From Micavibrio sp. (GTDB lineage Bacteria; Pseudomonadota; Alphaproteobacteria; Micavibrionales; UBA2020), in contig JBEIOU010000011.1 of assembly GCA_040377425.1 (NCBI GenBank), forward strand, positions 1-64,000: 64,000 nt of DNA, written 5' to 3'. A model generated the notes under the pieces. The model did not search any database. It worked only from the letters and a program-made list of their open reading frames with translations, and was not told the origin of the DNA. The first letter of the stretch is position 1; the number at the start of each line of letters is the position of its first letter. Shown here one piece after another: positions 47,488-58,086 of the stretch. A program made the translations under genes and the position numbers.

Positions 47488-48335
47488 GGTGTATATCCCT
47501 GTTTTTTCGGAAGATCGGGGTTGGCGCCCCATTCGCTCCACGACCCATCGTACACGGCAGCATCTGTATGGCCGATGTCGTGCAGCGCCAGCGCAACCAC
47601 GCAGGCGGTCACGCCGCTGCCGCAAGTGCAGGCGATGGGGCGGGAAAGGTCGATATTTTTGTCGGCAAAAACCTGCGCGATTTCTTCGCGGCTGCGCATC
47701 CGGCCTGTTTCGGTGTCGATTAGTTCAAAAAACGGCATACTGTGTGAACCGGGTACGTGGCCGCTGCCCATGCCGGCGCGCGGCTCGCCCATGTCGCCGC
47801 TATAGCGGCGGGCATCGCGGGCATCCAGCAGCGTGAATTGCTTCGCAGCGATATTGTCCGTGATCTGGTCTTGCAGTTTTAACAGTTGCGGACGCAGGGT
47901 GGCGGTAAATATACCTGCGGCTATCTTTTCCGGCTCGTCCGGCTTGGGGGTCACGGACAATTCAGCCTCGACCCATGCAGGCAGGCCGCCATTCAGGACG
48001 TGCACATTATCGTGGCCGAACAGACGGAACATCCACCACGCGCGTGCCGCCGCCATATGCATGCCGCCGCGGTCGTAAACAATAACCGTATCGCCATTCG
48101 AAATGCCAAGCGCCGATGCTTTCTGCGCAAACAATGCCGCAGAGGGGATTGTATGCGCCAGCGGCGCTGCAGGGTCGGCAATATCGTCGATGTCGAAATC
48201 AACCGCTGTGCCAATGCGTACGGGCAGCGCCGGCAGGCCATAGCTGGCGTCAATAATTTTGGTTGTCGGCAGATTGATAATTTTCTGAAGTTCGGTTGCG
48301 GAAATAAGGGCGCTCGGCATCGATTGGGTCGTCAT
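47484..48335 (-). CDS. sseA: 3-mercaptopyruvate sulfurtransferase (tandem rhodanese)
   Basis: Two rhodanese domains; active-site loop CGSGVTA characteristic of 3-MST. Confidence 0.85.
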   Translation of the reverse strand: MTTQSMPSALISATELQKIINLPTTKIIDASYGLPALPVRIGTAVDFDIDDIADPAAPLAHTIPSAALFAQKASALGISNGDTVIVYDRGGMHMAAARAWWMFRLFGHDNVHVLNGGLPAWVEAELSVTPKPDEPEKIAAGIFTATLRPQLLKLQDQITDNIAAKQFTLLDARDARRYSGDMGEPRAGMGSGHVPGSHSMPFFELIDTETGRMRSREEIAQVFADKNIDLSRPIACTCGSGVTACVVALALHDIGHTDAAVYDGSWSEWGANPDLPKKQGYTP

Positions 48336-48336
48336 A

Positions 48337-48972
48337 TCAGGCAGCCTTTCCCAGCCAGCGGCTGCGGATATTGTTGTGATGGCGCGCGAACCAGTGCATC
48401 AGCACGGCGGCGGGGGCGTTCATGATCTCGCCGCGGTCAAGCATGGCGACGGCGTCCTGTGCGGGCAGCAAATGGGTTTTGATTTCCTCTCCTTCATCCT
48501 CAAGGCCATAAAACCCGCTGGCGGCGGCAGACGGAATGCGGCCGATGAACAGGTGGAATTCTTCGGCTAGACAGCCTGCGCTGGTATAGGCCTTGGCGAC
48601 AAATTCCAGATCACTGATTTCTGCGCCGGTTTCTTCGAGCGCTTCGCGGCGTGCCGCGTCTTCGACGCTTTCGCCGTCATCAACAGCGCCGGCGGCCACT
48701 TCGAACAGGAACGGATCTTTGCAGCCCGCCATCATGGCACCCAAGCGGAATTGCTGGTTCAGCAAAATCTTGTCGCTTTCGGGGGCGTACAACAGAACGG
48801 CAGCAATTTTTTTGCAGAACATGACCTCGCGCGTCATTTCGGCTGCATCACCATCATGGCGCAGGCTGCGCGGCTGGCAGGTGATGGTCTCGAGGCGGTG
48901 ATAACCGTCGAATTCAACCTGACGTTTAATAATTTTGGCCGCGGGCGGGCGGGCGTCCTGTTTATTGGTCAT
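48337..48972 (-). CDS. NUDIX hydrolase (ADP-ribose pyrophosphatase-like)
   Basis: Nudix box GESVEDAARREALEETG. Confidence 0.8.
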   Translation of the reverse strand: MTNKQDARPPAAKIIKRQVEFDGYHRLETITCQPRSLRHDGDAAEMTREVMFCKKIAAVLLYAPESDKILLNQQFRLGAMMAGCKDPFLFEVAAGAVDDGESVEDAARREALEETGAEISDLEFVAKAYTSAGCLAEEFHLFIGRIPSAAASGFYGLEDEGEEIKTHLLPAQDAVAMLDRGEIMNAPAAVLMHWFARHHNNIRSRWLGKAA

Positions 48973-49232
48973 TGTCCCTCTATTTATCCATTTATTTATA
49001 TCGATCGTGGCAGGCGTATTCGCCCATTGGCCGGAAGTGTAGCCTTTGCCATTGCGGGGTTCAAGCGTGGCACATAAGGGCTATATTACAGGCAATCTTA
49101 ATTTTACCTAAGCATATCAAAATCTTGGGGATCGTGCGCAGGGTTTTGCTATGCTGCATCGTGTCAACGGCATAAGGCTTGCTCATCCCCCCGCGGGGCT
49201 GCGTGCCAATCGCACAGGAAGAGGGTTTTTTC

Positions 49233-50420
49233 GTGTCCAAAAAGAAGATGTTTGTGATCGCTCTGGTTTTGTGCGCCGCAGCAGCTGGCGGGGCATACTA
49301 TTTTAAATCCCGCGCCGCTGATGCCGCGCGCGATGCCGTATCGACCGTGCTGAAGGTTGACAAGGGCACAATCGAAGATCTGGTAACGGCGCAGGGCAAG
49401 TTGGAGCCGAAAGAATACGTCGATGTCGGTGTACAGGTATCCGGCCAGCTGGAGAAAATCCACGTTGAACTGGGCGACAGTGTGAAGGCAGGCGATCTGA
49501 TCGCTGAAATCGACCCGAAGATTTACAACGCGCAGGTGCAATCGGGCGAAGCGCGTATCAAACAGCTGGGCGCGCAAATCGCCCAGCAGCGCGCAAATAT
49601 CAAACTAGCCGAGCAGCAGCACGGGCGGAATACGCAGCTGATTAAAAACGGCGCGATCAGTAAAGATGCCTTTGACGGGACTGAAACCGCCCTGATTGTG
49701 GCACGCGCCCAGCTGGAAGCATTGAGCGCGCAGATGGAAGAAGCGCAATCATCGCTGGACGAAAGCAAAGCCAATCTGGGCTTTACAAAAATTTATGCCC
49801 CCATGAACGGCACAGTCGTTGTCAAGGATGTGCGCGAGGGCCAAACTCTGAACGCCAGCCAATCTGCCCCGACCGTGGTACAGCTGGCAAATCTGGATGT
49901 CATGACCGTGCGCGCGCAGGTGGCCGACGCCGACGTGATGCGCTTGACCGAGGGGATGGAGGTTTATTTTACCACCCTCGGATCGCAGGGCCGGACGTGG
50001 CCGGGCACGGTGCGCCAGATTTTACCATCGCCCGAAGTCATCAATGACGTTGTGCTGTATAATGTTTTGGTCGACGTTGATAACAAAGACCGCCAGTTGA
50101 TGACGGGCATGAGCACGCAGATGTTCTTCGTCCTTGGCCGTGCGCGTGATGTACCGACTATTCCCGTCGCGGCGCTGGGCAAACGCGTGGCAGATAAGGA
50201 CAACGAAAAAGGCCAGGCCTATATGGTGCGCAAAGTCACCGGCACCAATGCCAGCACACCGGTCGTTGTGCATGTGGGGCTGATGAGCCGCACCACGGCC
50301 GAAGTGCGTGACGGGTTAAGCCCCGGTGACGATGTAGCGGCGGCAACCGCGCTGCTGCCTGCTGGCGCAGGTAATACGCCCCGCGGCGGTGGCCCGCGCG
50401 GCGGCATGCCCCGCCTGTAA
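49233..50420 (+). CDS. macA: Periplasmic adaptor (membrane fusion protein) of the MacAB-type efflux pump
   Basis: GTG start with GAGGG RBS. HlyD/RND-adaptor architecture: signal anchor, coiled-coil hairpin, lipoyl and beta-barrel domains. Confidence 0.8.
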   Translation: MSKKKMFVIALVLCAAAAGGAYYFKSRAADAARDAVSTVLKVDKGTIEDLVTAQGKLEPKEYVDVGVQVSGQLEKIHVELGDSVKAGDLIAEIDPKIYNAQVQSGEARIKQLGAQIAQQRANIKLAEQQHGRNTQLIKNGAISKDAFDGTETALIVARAQLEALSAQMEEAQSSLDESKANLGFTKIYAPMNGTVVVKDVREGQTLNASQSAPTVVQLANLDVMTVRAQVADADVMRLTEGMEVYFTTLGSQGRTWPGTVRQILPSPEVINDVVLYNVLVDVDNKDRQLMTGMSTQMFFVLGRARDVPTIPVAALGKRVADKDNEKGQAYMVRKVTGTNASTPVVVHVGLMSRTTAEVRDGLSPGDDVAAATALLPAGAGNTPRGGGPRGGMPRL

Positions 50421-50439
50421 TCCGGACGGAGCCTAAACC

Positions 50440-52365
50440 ATGACCGTACTTATCGACATCGACAACATCAAACGCCATTACCAAAGCGGCGATACGACCG
50501 TACGCGCATTGGACGGTGTTTCCCTGCAGATCGGCAGCGGTGAATTTGTGGCGATTATGGGGCAGTCGGGTTCAGGTAAATCGACGCTGATGAATATTCT
50601 GGGTTGTCTGGACCGGCCGACGGCAGGGCATTACCGCATTGCGGGCACCGATGTATCGGGGCTGGATGGTGATGCACTGGCTGCGCTGCGCCGCCGCACA
50701 TTCGGTTTTGTGTTCCAGCGTTATAACCTGCTGGCGACGGCAACGGCTGAAGAAAATGTATCTATCCCCGGTTTGTACGAAGGCCTCTCGCGCAGTGCGC
50801 GTCAATTGCGTGCGCAAAGCCTGCTGGCACGGCTGGGGCTGGGCGACCGCGGCGATCACCGTCCATCACAGCTGTCAGGCGGCCAGCAGCAGCGCGTGGC
50901 GATTGCCCGCGCCCTGATGAACGATCCGCCGGTTATTCTGGCAGACGAACCGACGGGCGCGCTGGATAGCCGTAGCGGCGAAGAGGTTATGAACCTTCTG
51001 AAGCAGCTGCACAGCGAAGGCCGTACGATTATTCTGATTACGCACGACGAAAAGGTCGCCGCGCATGCGCACCGTGTGATCCGTATTCATGATGGCAAAA
51101 TTACCGAAGATACCGGCGCAGCCCCAAGCACATCAGGTGCCACAATTTCCGCGGAAGGAGGCGGCGTCGGCCTGTGGACAGATATTGCTGAATCGTTCAT
51201 CACCGCGGTCCGCGCGCTGCGCGTGAATATTTTCCGCACGGCCCTGACGCTGCTGGGGATTATCATTGGCGTTGCCGCAGTGGTTACGATGATGGCGGTC
51301 GGCAACGGCAGCAAGCAAAAAGTACTCGACCAGATCAGCGCGATGGGCACGAATGTGCTGTCGATACGCCCTGGCGTGGCGGGGTTTCGCGGCAGCGGCG
51401 ATATCGCGACGCTGGTGCCATCCGATGCCGATGCGCTGGCGGCACTGTCGAATATCGAAGCCGTGGTGCCTGAACGCAGTGGCAGAGCCACGCTGCGCTA
51501 CGGCAACCTCGATTATGCCAGTTCTATATCCGGTGTGGGCGTATCGATGCCGATCGTGCGCGACTGGCCGGTATCCAAGGGCAGCTTTTTCAACCAGCGG
51601 GATGTCAACAACAATGCAACCGTGATTGTACTGGGTAAAACCATCGCCGATACGCTTTTTCCGCATGGTGAAGAGCCGGTCGGAAATTATGTGCTGGTCA
51701 GCAATATCCCGTTCGAAGTTATTGGTGTGCTATCGATCAAAGGTGCGACGCCGTGGGGGTCGGATCAGGACGATGCGGCGTTTATTCCTTATACCACAGG
51801 CATTACGCGTTTGTTTGGCCAGAATTACCTGAGCAATATCACCATCAAAGTAACGGATCTGGACAAAATCGAAACCACGCAATCTGAAATTACCCAGCTG
51901 CTGCTGTCGCGGCACCGTACCGAAGATTTCATGATCCGCAACACGGCCTCTATCATGGAAATGGCGACGCAAACGCAAAATACGCTCACCATCCTGCTCG
52001 GGGCAGTGGCGGCGATTTCACTGCTGGTCGGGGGGATCGGGGTCATGAATATCATGCTGGTCAGCGTTACCGAGCGCACGCGTGAAATCGGCATTCGCAT
52101 GGCAACGGGCGCCCGTATGCGTGATATCATGCTGCAATTTAATATCGAGGCGGCGGTCGTCTGTATTATTGGCGGCCTGCTGGGCTTGGCGCTGGGATAT
52201 GGCGCAGGCTGGGGGGTGTCTATGCTGGAGGTGAATGTGGTCTTCTCCGCGATGCCTGCCATACTGGCGTTTTCTTCGGCAGTATTGACGGGGATTTTAT
52301 TCGGCTATCTGCCTGCGCGAAAAGCGGCGCGGCTGGACCCCGTTGTCGCATTGGCATCGGAATAA
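50440..52365 (+). CDS. macB: MacB-type ABC transporter, fused ATPase-permease (FtsX-like)
   Basis: Walker [10 protein letters not shown], signature [15 protein letters not shown], Walker [12 protein letters not shown], and a C-terminal 4-TM FtsX-like permease with a large periplasmic loop. Confidence 0.9.
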   Translation: MTVLIDIDNIKRHYQSGDTTVRALDGVSLQIGSGEFVAIMGQSGSGKSTLMNILGCLDRPTAGHYRIAGTDVSGLDGDALAALRRRTFGFVFQRYNLLATATAEENVSIPGLYEGLSRSARQLRAQSLLARLGLGDRGDHRPSQLSGGQQQRVAIARALMNDPPVILADEPTGALDSRSGEEVMNLLKQLHSEGRTIILITHDEKVAAHAHRVIRIHDGKITEDTGAAPSTSGATISAEGGGVGLWTDIAESFITAVRALRVNIFRTALTLLGIIIGVAAVVTMMAVGNGSKQKVLDQISAMGTNVLSIRPGVAGFRGSGDIATLVPSDADALAALSNIEAVVPERSGRATLRYGNLDYASSISGVGVSMPIVRDWPVSKGSFFNQRDVNNNATVIVLGKTIADTLFPHGEEPVGNYVLVSNIPFEVIGVLSIKGATPWGSDQDDAAFIPYTTGITRLFGQNYLSNITIKVTDLDKIETTQSEITQLLLSRHRTEDFMIRNTASIMEMATQTQNTLTILLGAVAAISLLVGGIGVMNIMLVSVTERTREIGIRMATGARMRDIMLQFNIEAAVVCIIGGLLGLALGYGAGWGVSMLEVNVVFSAMPAILAFSSAVLTGILFGYLPARKAARLDPVVALASE

Positions 52366-52394
52366 AAAAGTTTCAAGCAAAGGGTACATGTCAT

Positions 52395-53804
52395 ATGAAC
52401 CGCAAATATCTGACCGTATACAGAAATTTTACAACGCTGGGCCTTCTGATAATATTGGGCGCATGTCAGCTGTCGCCGGATTATACCGAGCCGCAGGTAA
52501 CGCTGCCCGATAGCTGGCGCGACGAAGCCGCAGGTGCCGCCGCATCACAAGAAAAAATCGAATCTACATGGTGGACGGGTTTTAAAAGCACGGAACTGGA
52601 TAATCTGGTTGCGAGCGCGATGGCGGGAAATTTTGATTTGCGTGCTGCATTGGCGCGGGTTGATCAGGCGCGTGCGAGCGCGAAGATTGCCGGCGCACCG
52701 CTGCTGCCGTCCGTGGATGCGTCAGCCAGCACGGGCTGGAATCGTAATAACCCCTCCAGCGGTAAAACGACATCTGAAAACAGTGGACGTGCGGGGGTGT
52801 CGGTTGGCTACGAAGTTGATCTGTTCGGGCGTAACCGTGCGGGTGTGACTGCGGCCGAAGCCAATTTACGCGGCAGTGTTTATGACCGAGACGCGCTGGA
52901 GCTGATCGTGAAAGGTGATGTGGCACAGGGATATTTCTTGTTGCTAAATCTGCGCGAGCGTATGGACATTGCCCGTAATAACCTTGAAAACTCCCGTCAG
53001 GTTCTGCGGATTATCGAAGCGCGTTTTGATGCGGGCACCGCATCGGCGCTTGAAGTATCCCGCCAGCGCACATCGCTGGCGTCGGCTGAAGCATCCTTGA
53101 CAGCGCTCGGCAATCAGGAACGCGCGGCGGAAAATGCGCTATCTATTCTGCTGGGCCGTGCGCCTGCAGATTTGCAGCTGAAAGAAAAAGGTCTTCGGAA
53201 TATTGCCATCCCCCAAATTCCGGTATCGCAGCCATCAAGCGTTGTGGCGCAGCGGCCGGATGTCCGCTCTGCCGAAGAATCGCTGGTGGCTGCCAACGCT
53301 GATATTGGCGCAGCACGTGCGGCGTTTTTTCCGGTTCTGAATTTGGGGGTGGATACGACTGCCGCACTCTCGCCGCTGTCTGATCCTGCCTCGGTGGCAT
53401 TGGCGCTGGCGGCATCGGCGGCGGCGCCGATTTTTAAAGGTGGACAATTGCAGGGCGGCGTAGAGCGTGCACGGGCCCGTCAGACCGAACTGGCCGAGAC
53501 CTACCGCAAGACGGTTATCACCTCGATGCAGGAAGTTGAAAACGCCCTTTCAAGCGCCAAGGCGGCGCGGGCGCGCGAAGTGTCTTTGGCAACCGCGATG
53601 CGCGAAGCACGCACGGCCTATGCCTTGTCGCGCGATCTGTATGATGCAGGGGCCACCGATTACCAAACGATGCTGGATGCAGAGCGTACATTGCTGAGTG
53701 CCGAAGATAGCCACGCCAGCGTGCGTCTGGAGTTATTGAATGCGGCGGTTGATCTGTACAAATCGCTCGGCGGTGGCTGGTCGACATCGGCCGCGAAGCG
53801 TTAA
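52395..53804 (+). CDS. Outer-membrane efflux lipoprotein, NodT/OprM family
   Basis: Lipobox LLIILGAC. Two TolC-like repeats. Confidence 0.85.
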   Translation: MNRKYLTVYRNFTTLGLLIILGACQLSPDYTEPQVTLPDSWRDEAAGAAASQEKIESTWWTGFKSTELDNLVASAMAGNFDLRAALARVDQARASAKIAGAPLLPSVDASASTGWNRNNPSSGKTTSENSGRAGVSVGYEVDLFGRNRAGVTAAEANLRGSVYDRDALELIVKGDVAQGYFLLLNLRERMDIARNNLENSRQVLRIIEARFDAGTASALEVSRQRTSLASAEASLTALGNQERAAENALSILLGRAPADLQLKEKGLRNIAIPQIPVSQPSSVVAQRPDVRSAEESLVAANADIGAARAAFFPVLNLGVDTTAALSPLSDPASVALALAASAAAPIFKGGQLQGGVERARARQTELAETYRKTVITSMQEVENALSSAKAARAREVSLATAMREARTAYALSRDLYDAGATDYQTMLDAERTLLSAEDSHASVRLELLNAAVDLYKSLGGGWSTSAAKR

Positions 53805-53807
53805 GCC

Positions 53808-54755
53808 TTAAAGGCCCCGATACAAAAACCCGTAATTGCTCAGGAATGAATTCAGCGAATGCGGGTTTTGTTTTTCCACGGCGCGGAAAACCGCTTCGGG
53901 GATGTTGATGTTGCAGGCCTGTTCGATTTCCTTGAACGCAGGGGCGCTATTCGCCTCCAGAATACGGTAGCCGCCGTTGTCATCGAACAGCAGATCAATA
54001 CCCGCGATATCCAGCTGCAGCGCAGCCGCGGTATCGAGCGCCAGTTTTTGCATTTCCTTGGGCGCATCAAACGGCGTCAGTGTCATTTCGGCATTGGATT
54101 TGAACAGGCCGCCTTCGCTGCGGCGTTCAACGGCGGCCAGAATTTCACCAAAAGCCACAATCAAGCGTACATCGCGGCCATGGCTGGCGCTGATGTACTG
54201 CTGGAAAATGAAATTGGCGCCGCTTGCTGCCTGATCGATGAGGCCCGTCAGGTCGTGGAATTTTTCGCGCGTTTCGCAAAGGACAACGCCGCTGCCGCGG
54301 TTGCCGCGCAGGGTTTTGACCACAACAGGAAAGCCGATTTCACGCTCCACAAAATCAAGATCGACCGGAAATTTGGCCAAAATGGTTTTGGGTACGGGCA
54401 GGTTTTTGGCAGCCAGAATTTGCTGGGTCAGCATTTTGTCGGCGGCCGCTTCCATACCGGCGGGGGAGTTGACGATGCGCACGCCCTGATGTTCCATGTG
54501 GCGCAGCACGGCCAGCATAAAATAGCTGGTTTCCGATCCGGTGCGCGAGATGATGAAGTCGGGTTTATCGAGCGGCTTGCCTTCGTACAGCGCCGACCAG
54601 TTGCTGTCCTTGTCGACGACTAGATCGAATTTTTGCGGCTGCAGGACGGCAAGGTCTATTTCCATGCGTGCCGCGGTTTCCATGAACTGGCGCACGGCAT
54701 AGGCGCCGGGAATATCGGAATAGGGGTCGGCATGGAAGAAAATCCAGCAGCGCAT
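53808..54755 (-). CDS. RimK-family ATP-grasp ligase (alpha-L-glutamate ligase-like)
   Basis: Start at MRCWIFFHADPYSD (AAGGAA RBS 6 nt upstream). ATP-grasp motifs (FPVVVKTLRGNRGSGV; IAGIDLLF) in RimK order. Confidence 0.8.
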   Translation of the reverse strand: MRCWIFFHADPYSDIPGAYAVRQFMETAARMEIDLAVLQPQKFDLVVDKDSNWSALYEGKPLDKPDFIISRTGSETSYFMLAVLRHMEHQGVRIVNSPAGMEAAADKMLTQQILAAKNLPVPKTILAKFPVDLDFVEREIGFPVVVKTLRGNRGSGVVLCETREKFHDLTGLIDQAASGANFIFQQYISASHGRDVRLIVAFGEILAAVERRSEGGLFKSNAEMTLTPFDAPKEMQKLALDTAAALQLDIAGIDLLFDDNGGYRILEANSAPAFKEIEQACNINIPEAVFRAVEKQNPHSLNSFLSNYGFLYRGL

Positions 54756-54942
54756 GGCAGTTCCTTTCGCGCAAAGGGCGTATGATTGCGGGGGCGTGCC
54801 CGCGGGAGAATGCGTGACTTTATGGCAACGGATTATAGTCAAGGTGCCTAAAAATGGCAATCCTCTTTCCCTTTCAGGCGTTGTTGATATAAAACGCGTG
54901 AAAAGAAACTTTTGTTCACTCTTTCCCACGCAGGTGCCGATC

Positions 54943-56190
54943 ATGGAACTTTTGACCTATCTTCAGGCCGAATTCCGCGCAAACCCCATGCTTATTTTCG
55001 GCGTGGCTCTTTTTTTTGGCGTGGCGGGCGGGATATGGGCGAACCGTATTGCATGGATGCCGACGATTACGGCTTTCATGTTGCTGGGGTTGTTGATTGG
55101 CCCTAATGGTTTGCATCTGATTTCCAAACCTATGCTGGGACAGGCGTCTGTGCTGATCGATATCGCACTGGGGCTGATCATGTATAAACTGGGCACCATG
55201 CTGCACCCGAATGCGATGATACACTCGCGCCGCTTGCTGGCGCTGTCGTTGGCTGAAACGGCGCTTGGGTATATTGCCGTGTTCGCGATTGCGCGGGTTA
55301 TGGGCATCGATATGCTGGTGTCGGCATTGATTGCGGCGATTTCGGTATCATCGTCGCCCGCTGTGCTGGTGCATGTTGCTGAAGAAATGGATGCCAAAGG
55401 TCCGGTGTCTTACCGCGCAAAATCATTAGTGGCGATGAACAACCTGTTTGCCTTTTTGTTGTTCACGCTGGCGCTGCCTTTTGGCATGGCGGGCAAGGAA
55501 GGGGCGAGCCTGTCTATGGTACTGGGCTTTCCTGTCTATCGTCTGGCGGGTGCCGTGGTGGTGGGGATTGCTGTGGCGTGGCTGGCCGTGCGTCTGGCGC
55601 GCCATTTACGCGCCAATGACGAACATTTCCGTTTTGCTATTGTGATTGGCAGTGTGATGTTGACGCTGGGGATTTGCTCTGCCCTCAGTATGTCCGCGCT
55701 ATTTTCGCCGCTGGTCATGGGCATTGCTGTGCGCTGGTTTGAAACGTCAAAACATAAGCTATCGCAAGTCGGGCTGGGCGAGGGAGGCGATCTATTTTTC
55801 ATCGTCCTCTTCGTGATGGCGGGCGCCAAGATTGATCTGGTCAATCTATGGGCGGTGGGCTTGCTGCCGGTGGTGCTTGTTCTGTGCCGTGCGGCGGGCA
55901 AGGCGGGTGGGCTCTATCTGGCGGGGCGCGCCCATGGTGTTGACAATAAACATACCGCGGCAACGTCAATGATGCTGACACCTATGGCGGGCATGGCGAT
56001 TGGCCTTGTCTCCACCACGCAAACCATGGCGCCCGAAATCAGCGTGCAGGTGGCGACGATCGTTTTTGCGATGGTGGCGATTTTGGAATCTGTCGGCCCG
56101 TTTCTGGTCGCGCGAGCCCTGCGTTTGTGTGACGAAGCCGGCAAGCGCGAGAAAGAGGCAGACGAATGGCAGGAAGCATCGGGTACATAA
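54943..56190 (+). CDS. Cation:proton antiporter (CPA1/CPA2-type Na+/H+ exchanger)
   Basis: Start at MELLTYLQ (AGGTG RBS). 11-12 TM helices with an Na_H_exchanger-type fold. Short cytoplasmic tail. Confidence 0.75.
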   Translation: MELLTYLQAEFRANPMLIFGVALFFGVAGGIWANRIAWMPTITAFMLLGLLIGPNGLHLISKPMLGQASVLIDIALGLIMYKLGTMLHPNAMIHSRRLLALSLAETALGYIAVFAIARVMGIDMLVSALIAAISVSSSPAVLVHVAEEMDAKGPVSYRAKSLVAMNNLFAFLLFTLALPFGMAGKEGASLSMVLGFPVYRLAGAVVVGIAVAWLAVRLARHLRANDEHFRFAIVIGSVMLTLGICSALSMSALFSPLVMGIAVRWFETSKHKLSQVGLGEGGDLFFIVLFVMAGAKIDLVNLWAVGLLPVVLVLCRAAGKAGGLYLAGRAHGVDNKHTAATSMMLTPMAGMAIGLVSTTQTMAPEISVQVATIVFAMVAILESVGPFLVARALRLCDEAGKREKEADEWQEASGT

Positions 56191-56243
56191 AGAACCGTCA
56201 GCCGCCTGCCATTTGTGTAGGCTTTTAATTTTATCGGTATCGA

Positions 56244-57290
56244 TTAACGCAGCAGGTTTTCCCAGATGCGGCCGTATGCTTGCACGACATCCGCCGAGCA
56301 GGCGTAAGACGGATACGTATGCACATTCGGGGGAATGTTAAATTCCGGCGAGCTGCGGATATCGTCAGACAGATACGTCAGCGTATCTTTGTTGGTCGGA
56401 ATCTGGCCGGAGTATTCCGAATATACGGCCTGATTTTGCGGCTTCAGCACGAACTCGATGAACTTTGCCGCCGCTTCCGGGTTTTGTGCAGAGGCGGGGA
56501 TTGCCAGACTGTCCATCCACAATTCGACGCCTTCGGTCGGATAAATGTATTTCAGGTCTGGGTTTTCCTGACGCGCGGTGTAAACGTCGCCGCTCCAGGC
56601 CATTTGCATGGCGACTTCGCCAGCAGCCATGCGTTCGAAATAGCCGGACGAGCCGTATACTTTTACTTGCGGCTTTTGGCCGGTCAGGGTGTCTTGCAAC
56701 ATCTTGAGCGTTTCTTCGCTGCTATCGCAGTTTTTGCGGCCGATAGCGATGGATGCCAGCGCCATGACGGTTGACGTGTCGTCAAGTACGCCAAGGCTGG
56801 GGGCTTCGCTGGGCGGACGGTCAAAGAACTGTTTCCAGCTGGTGACGTTTTCCTGCACCAGTTTGGTATTCACGGCAATCGCCGTCGTGCCGTAAAACAG
56901 GGGCATGGCGTATTTGTATTCGGGGTCATATACCGGTTTTTTGATGTTATCGGCCAGATGTTCGCCGATGGCGCTAACATTTGCCGGCAGCGTTTGCAGC
57001 AGGTTCTGTTCGATCAGCAGCGGTACGTAGTTACCAGACGGCGCAACGATGTCATAGCGCGCGCCGGCTTTCAGTTTTGCCATGAGCGCATCGTTGCTGG
57101 AGTAAATTTCGGTGATAACCTTGACGCCGGTTTCTTCTTCGAACTTTTTAAACAGGTTCGCGTCGGCGTAGGTATCCCAGATATAAACGTACAGCTTGGG
57201 GCCGCTGTTTTTTGTCGCCATGAAAATACCGCCGGCCACAAGGCCGATGGCGATGATGGCGCCGATCAGGATAGAGGGGCTCTTTTTCAT
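56244..57290 (-). CDS. potD: Spermidine/putrescine ABC transporter periplasmic substrate-binding protein
   Basis: Start at MKKSPSILIGAIIAIGLVAGG (signal peptide). PotD/PotF-type SBP fold. Confidence 0.8.
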   Translation of the reverse strand: MKKSPSILIGAIIAIGLVAGGIFMATKNSGPKLYVYIWDTYADANLFKKFEEETGVKVITEIYSSNDALMAKLKAGARYDIVAPSGNYVPLLIEQNLLQTLPANVSAIGEHLADNIKKPVYDPEYKYAMPLFYGTTAIAVNTKLVQENVTSWKQFFDRPPSEAPSLGVLDDTSTVMALASIAIGRKNCDSSEETLKMLQDTLTGQKPQVKVYGSSGYFERMAAGEVAMQMAWSGDVYTARQENPDLKYIYPTEGVELWMDSLAIPASAQNPEAAAKFIEFVLKPQNQAVYSEYSGQIPTNKDTLTYLSDDIRSSPEFNIPPNVHTYPSYACSADVVQAYGRIWENLLR

Positions 57291-57291
57291 C

Positions 57292-58086
57292 TTAGTCTGC
57301 TTTCTTTCGGTTAATGACATAGGACAGTAGTACGATAAAAATAGACACCGCCAGCAGCATCGACGCCGCGGCGTTAATCTCGGGGGTAATCCCGCGTTTA
57401 ACCTTGTTATAAATTTCGACAGGTAATGTCGTCGCGCCCGGCGGTGCCACCATCAACGTAATGATGAAATCGTCAAGCGACGTGATGAATGCCAGCAGTG
57501 CGCCCGAAAAAATACCCGGCGCCAGCAGCGGCAGCGTGACATGGCGGAAGGTTTGCCAGTCGTCGGCATACAAATCCTTGGCGGCTTCGGTCATGCTTTT
57601 GGGAATGGTTGCAATACGGGCACGAATGGGCGCATACGCGAAGGGGATACAAAACACGATATGCGCGATCAATACGTTACCAAGGCCCAGGCGCAGGTTG
57701 AGCGCGCTTAAAAACGCCATGGTCGTGACGGCAATCACAATTTCAGGCACCAGCAGCGGTAGGGCCATCAGCGCGTAGGATGTATTTTTCAGCGGGCGCG
57801 GCACACCGCTGCCATGCAGCGCCAAGGCTGCAGCCAGAGCGACAACCGTGCCGATTGCCGTGGCCGTGACCGCGACAATCATGGAATTCAGCGCGGCACG
57901 CTGCAGGTCGGGGTTTTGGAATGCCTTGGCGTACCAATCAAGGCTGAAGCCTTCCCATACAGTAATCAGACGGCCGGCGTTGAAAGAAAAAACCACAACG
58001 GCAATAATCGGTACATACAGGAATGCGATGCCCATCCATGTGATCAGGCCGAAACCCGGCATGTTTTTATTTGCGCTGACGCTCAT
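57292..58086 (-). CDS. potC: Polyamine ABC transporter permease
   Basis: 6 TM with EAA-like loop. In potABCD order. Confidence 0.8.
   Translation of the reverse strand: MSVSANKNMPGFGLITWMGIAFLYVPIIAVVVFSFNAGRLITVWEGFSLDWYAKAFQNPDLQRAALNSMIVAVTATAIGTVVALAAALALHGSGVPRPLKNTSYALMALPLLVPEIVIAVTTMAFLSALNLRLGLGNVLIAHIVFCIPFAYAPIRARIATIPKSMTEAAKDLYADDWQTFRHVTLPLLAPGIFSGALLAFITSLDDFIITLMVAPPGATTLPVEIYNKVKRGITPEINAAASMLLAVSIFIVLLSYVINRKKAD

Noticed and set aside
53808-56190. Possible functional link between the divergent rimK-like ligase and the cation/proton antiporter
   Set aside because: Only adjacency. No shared motif or known pathway connection.
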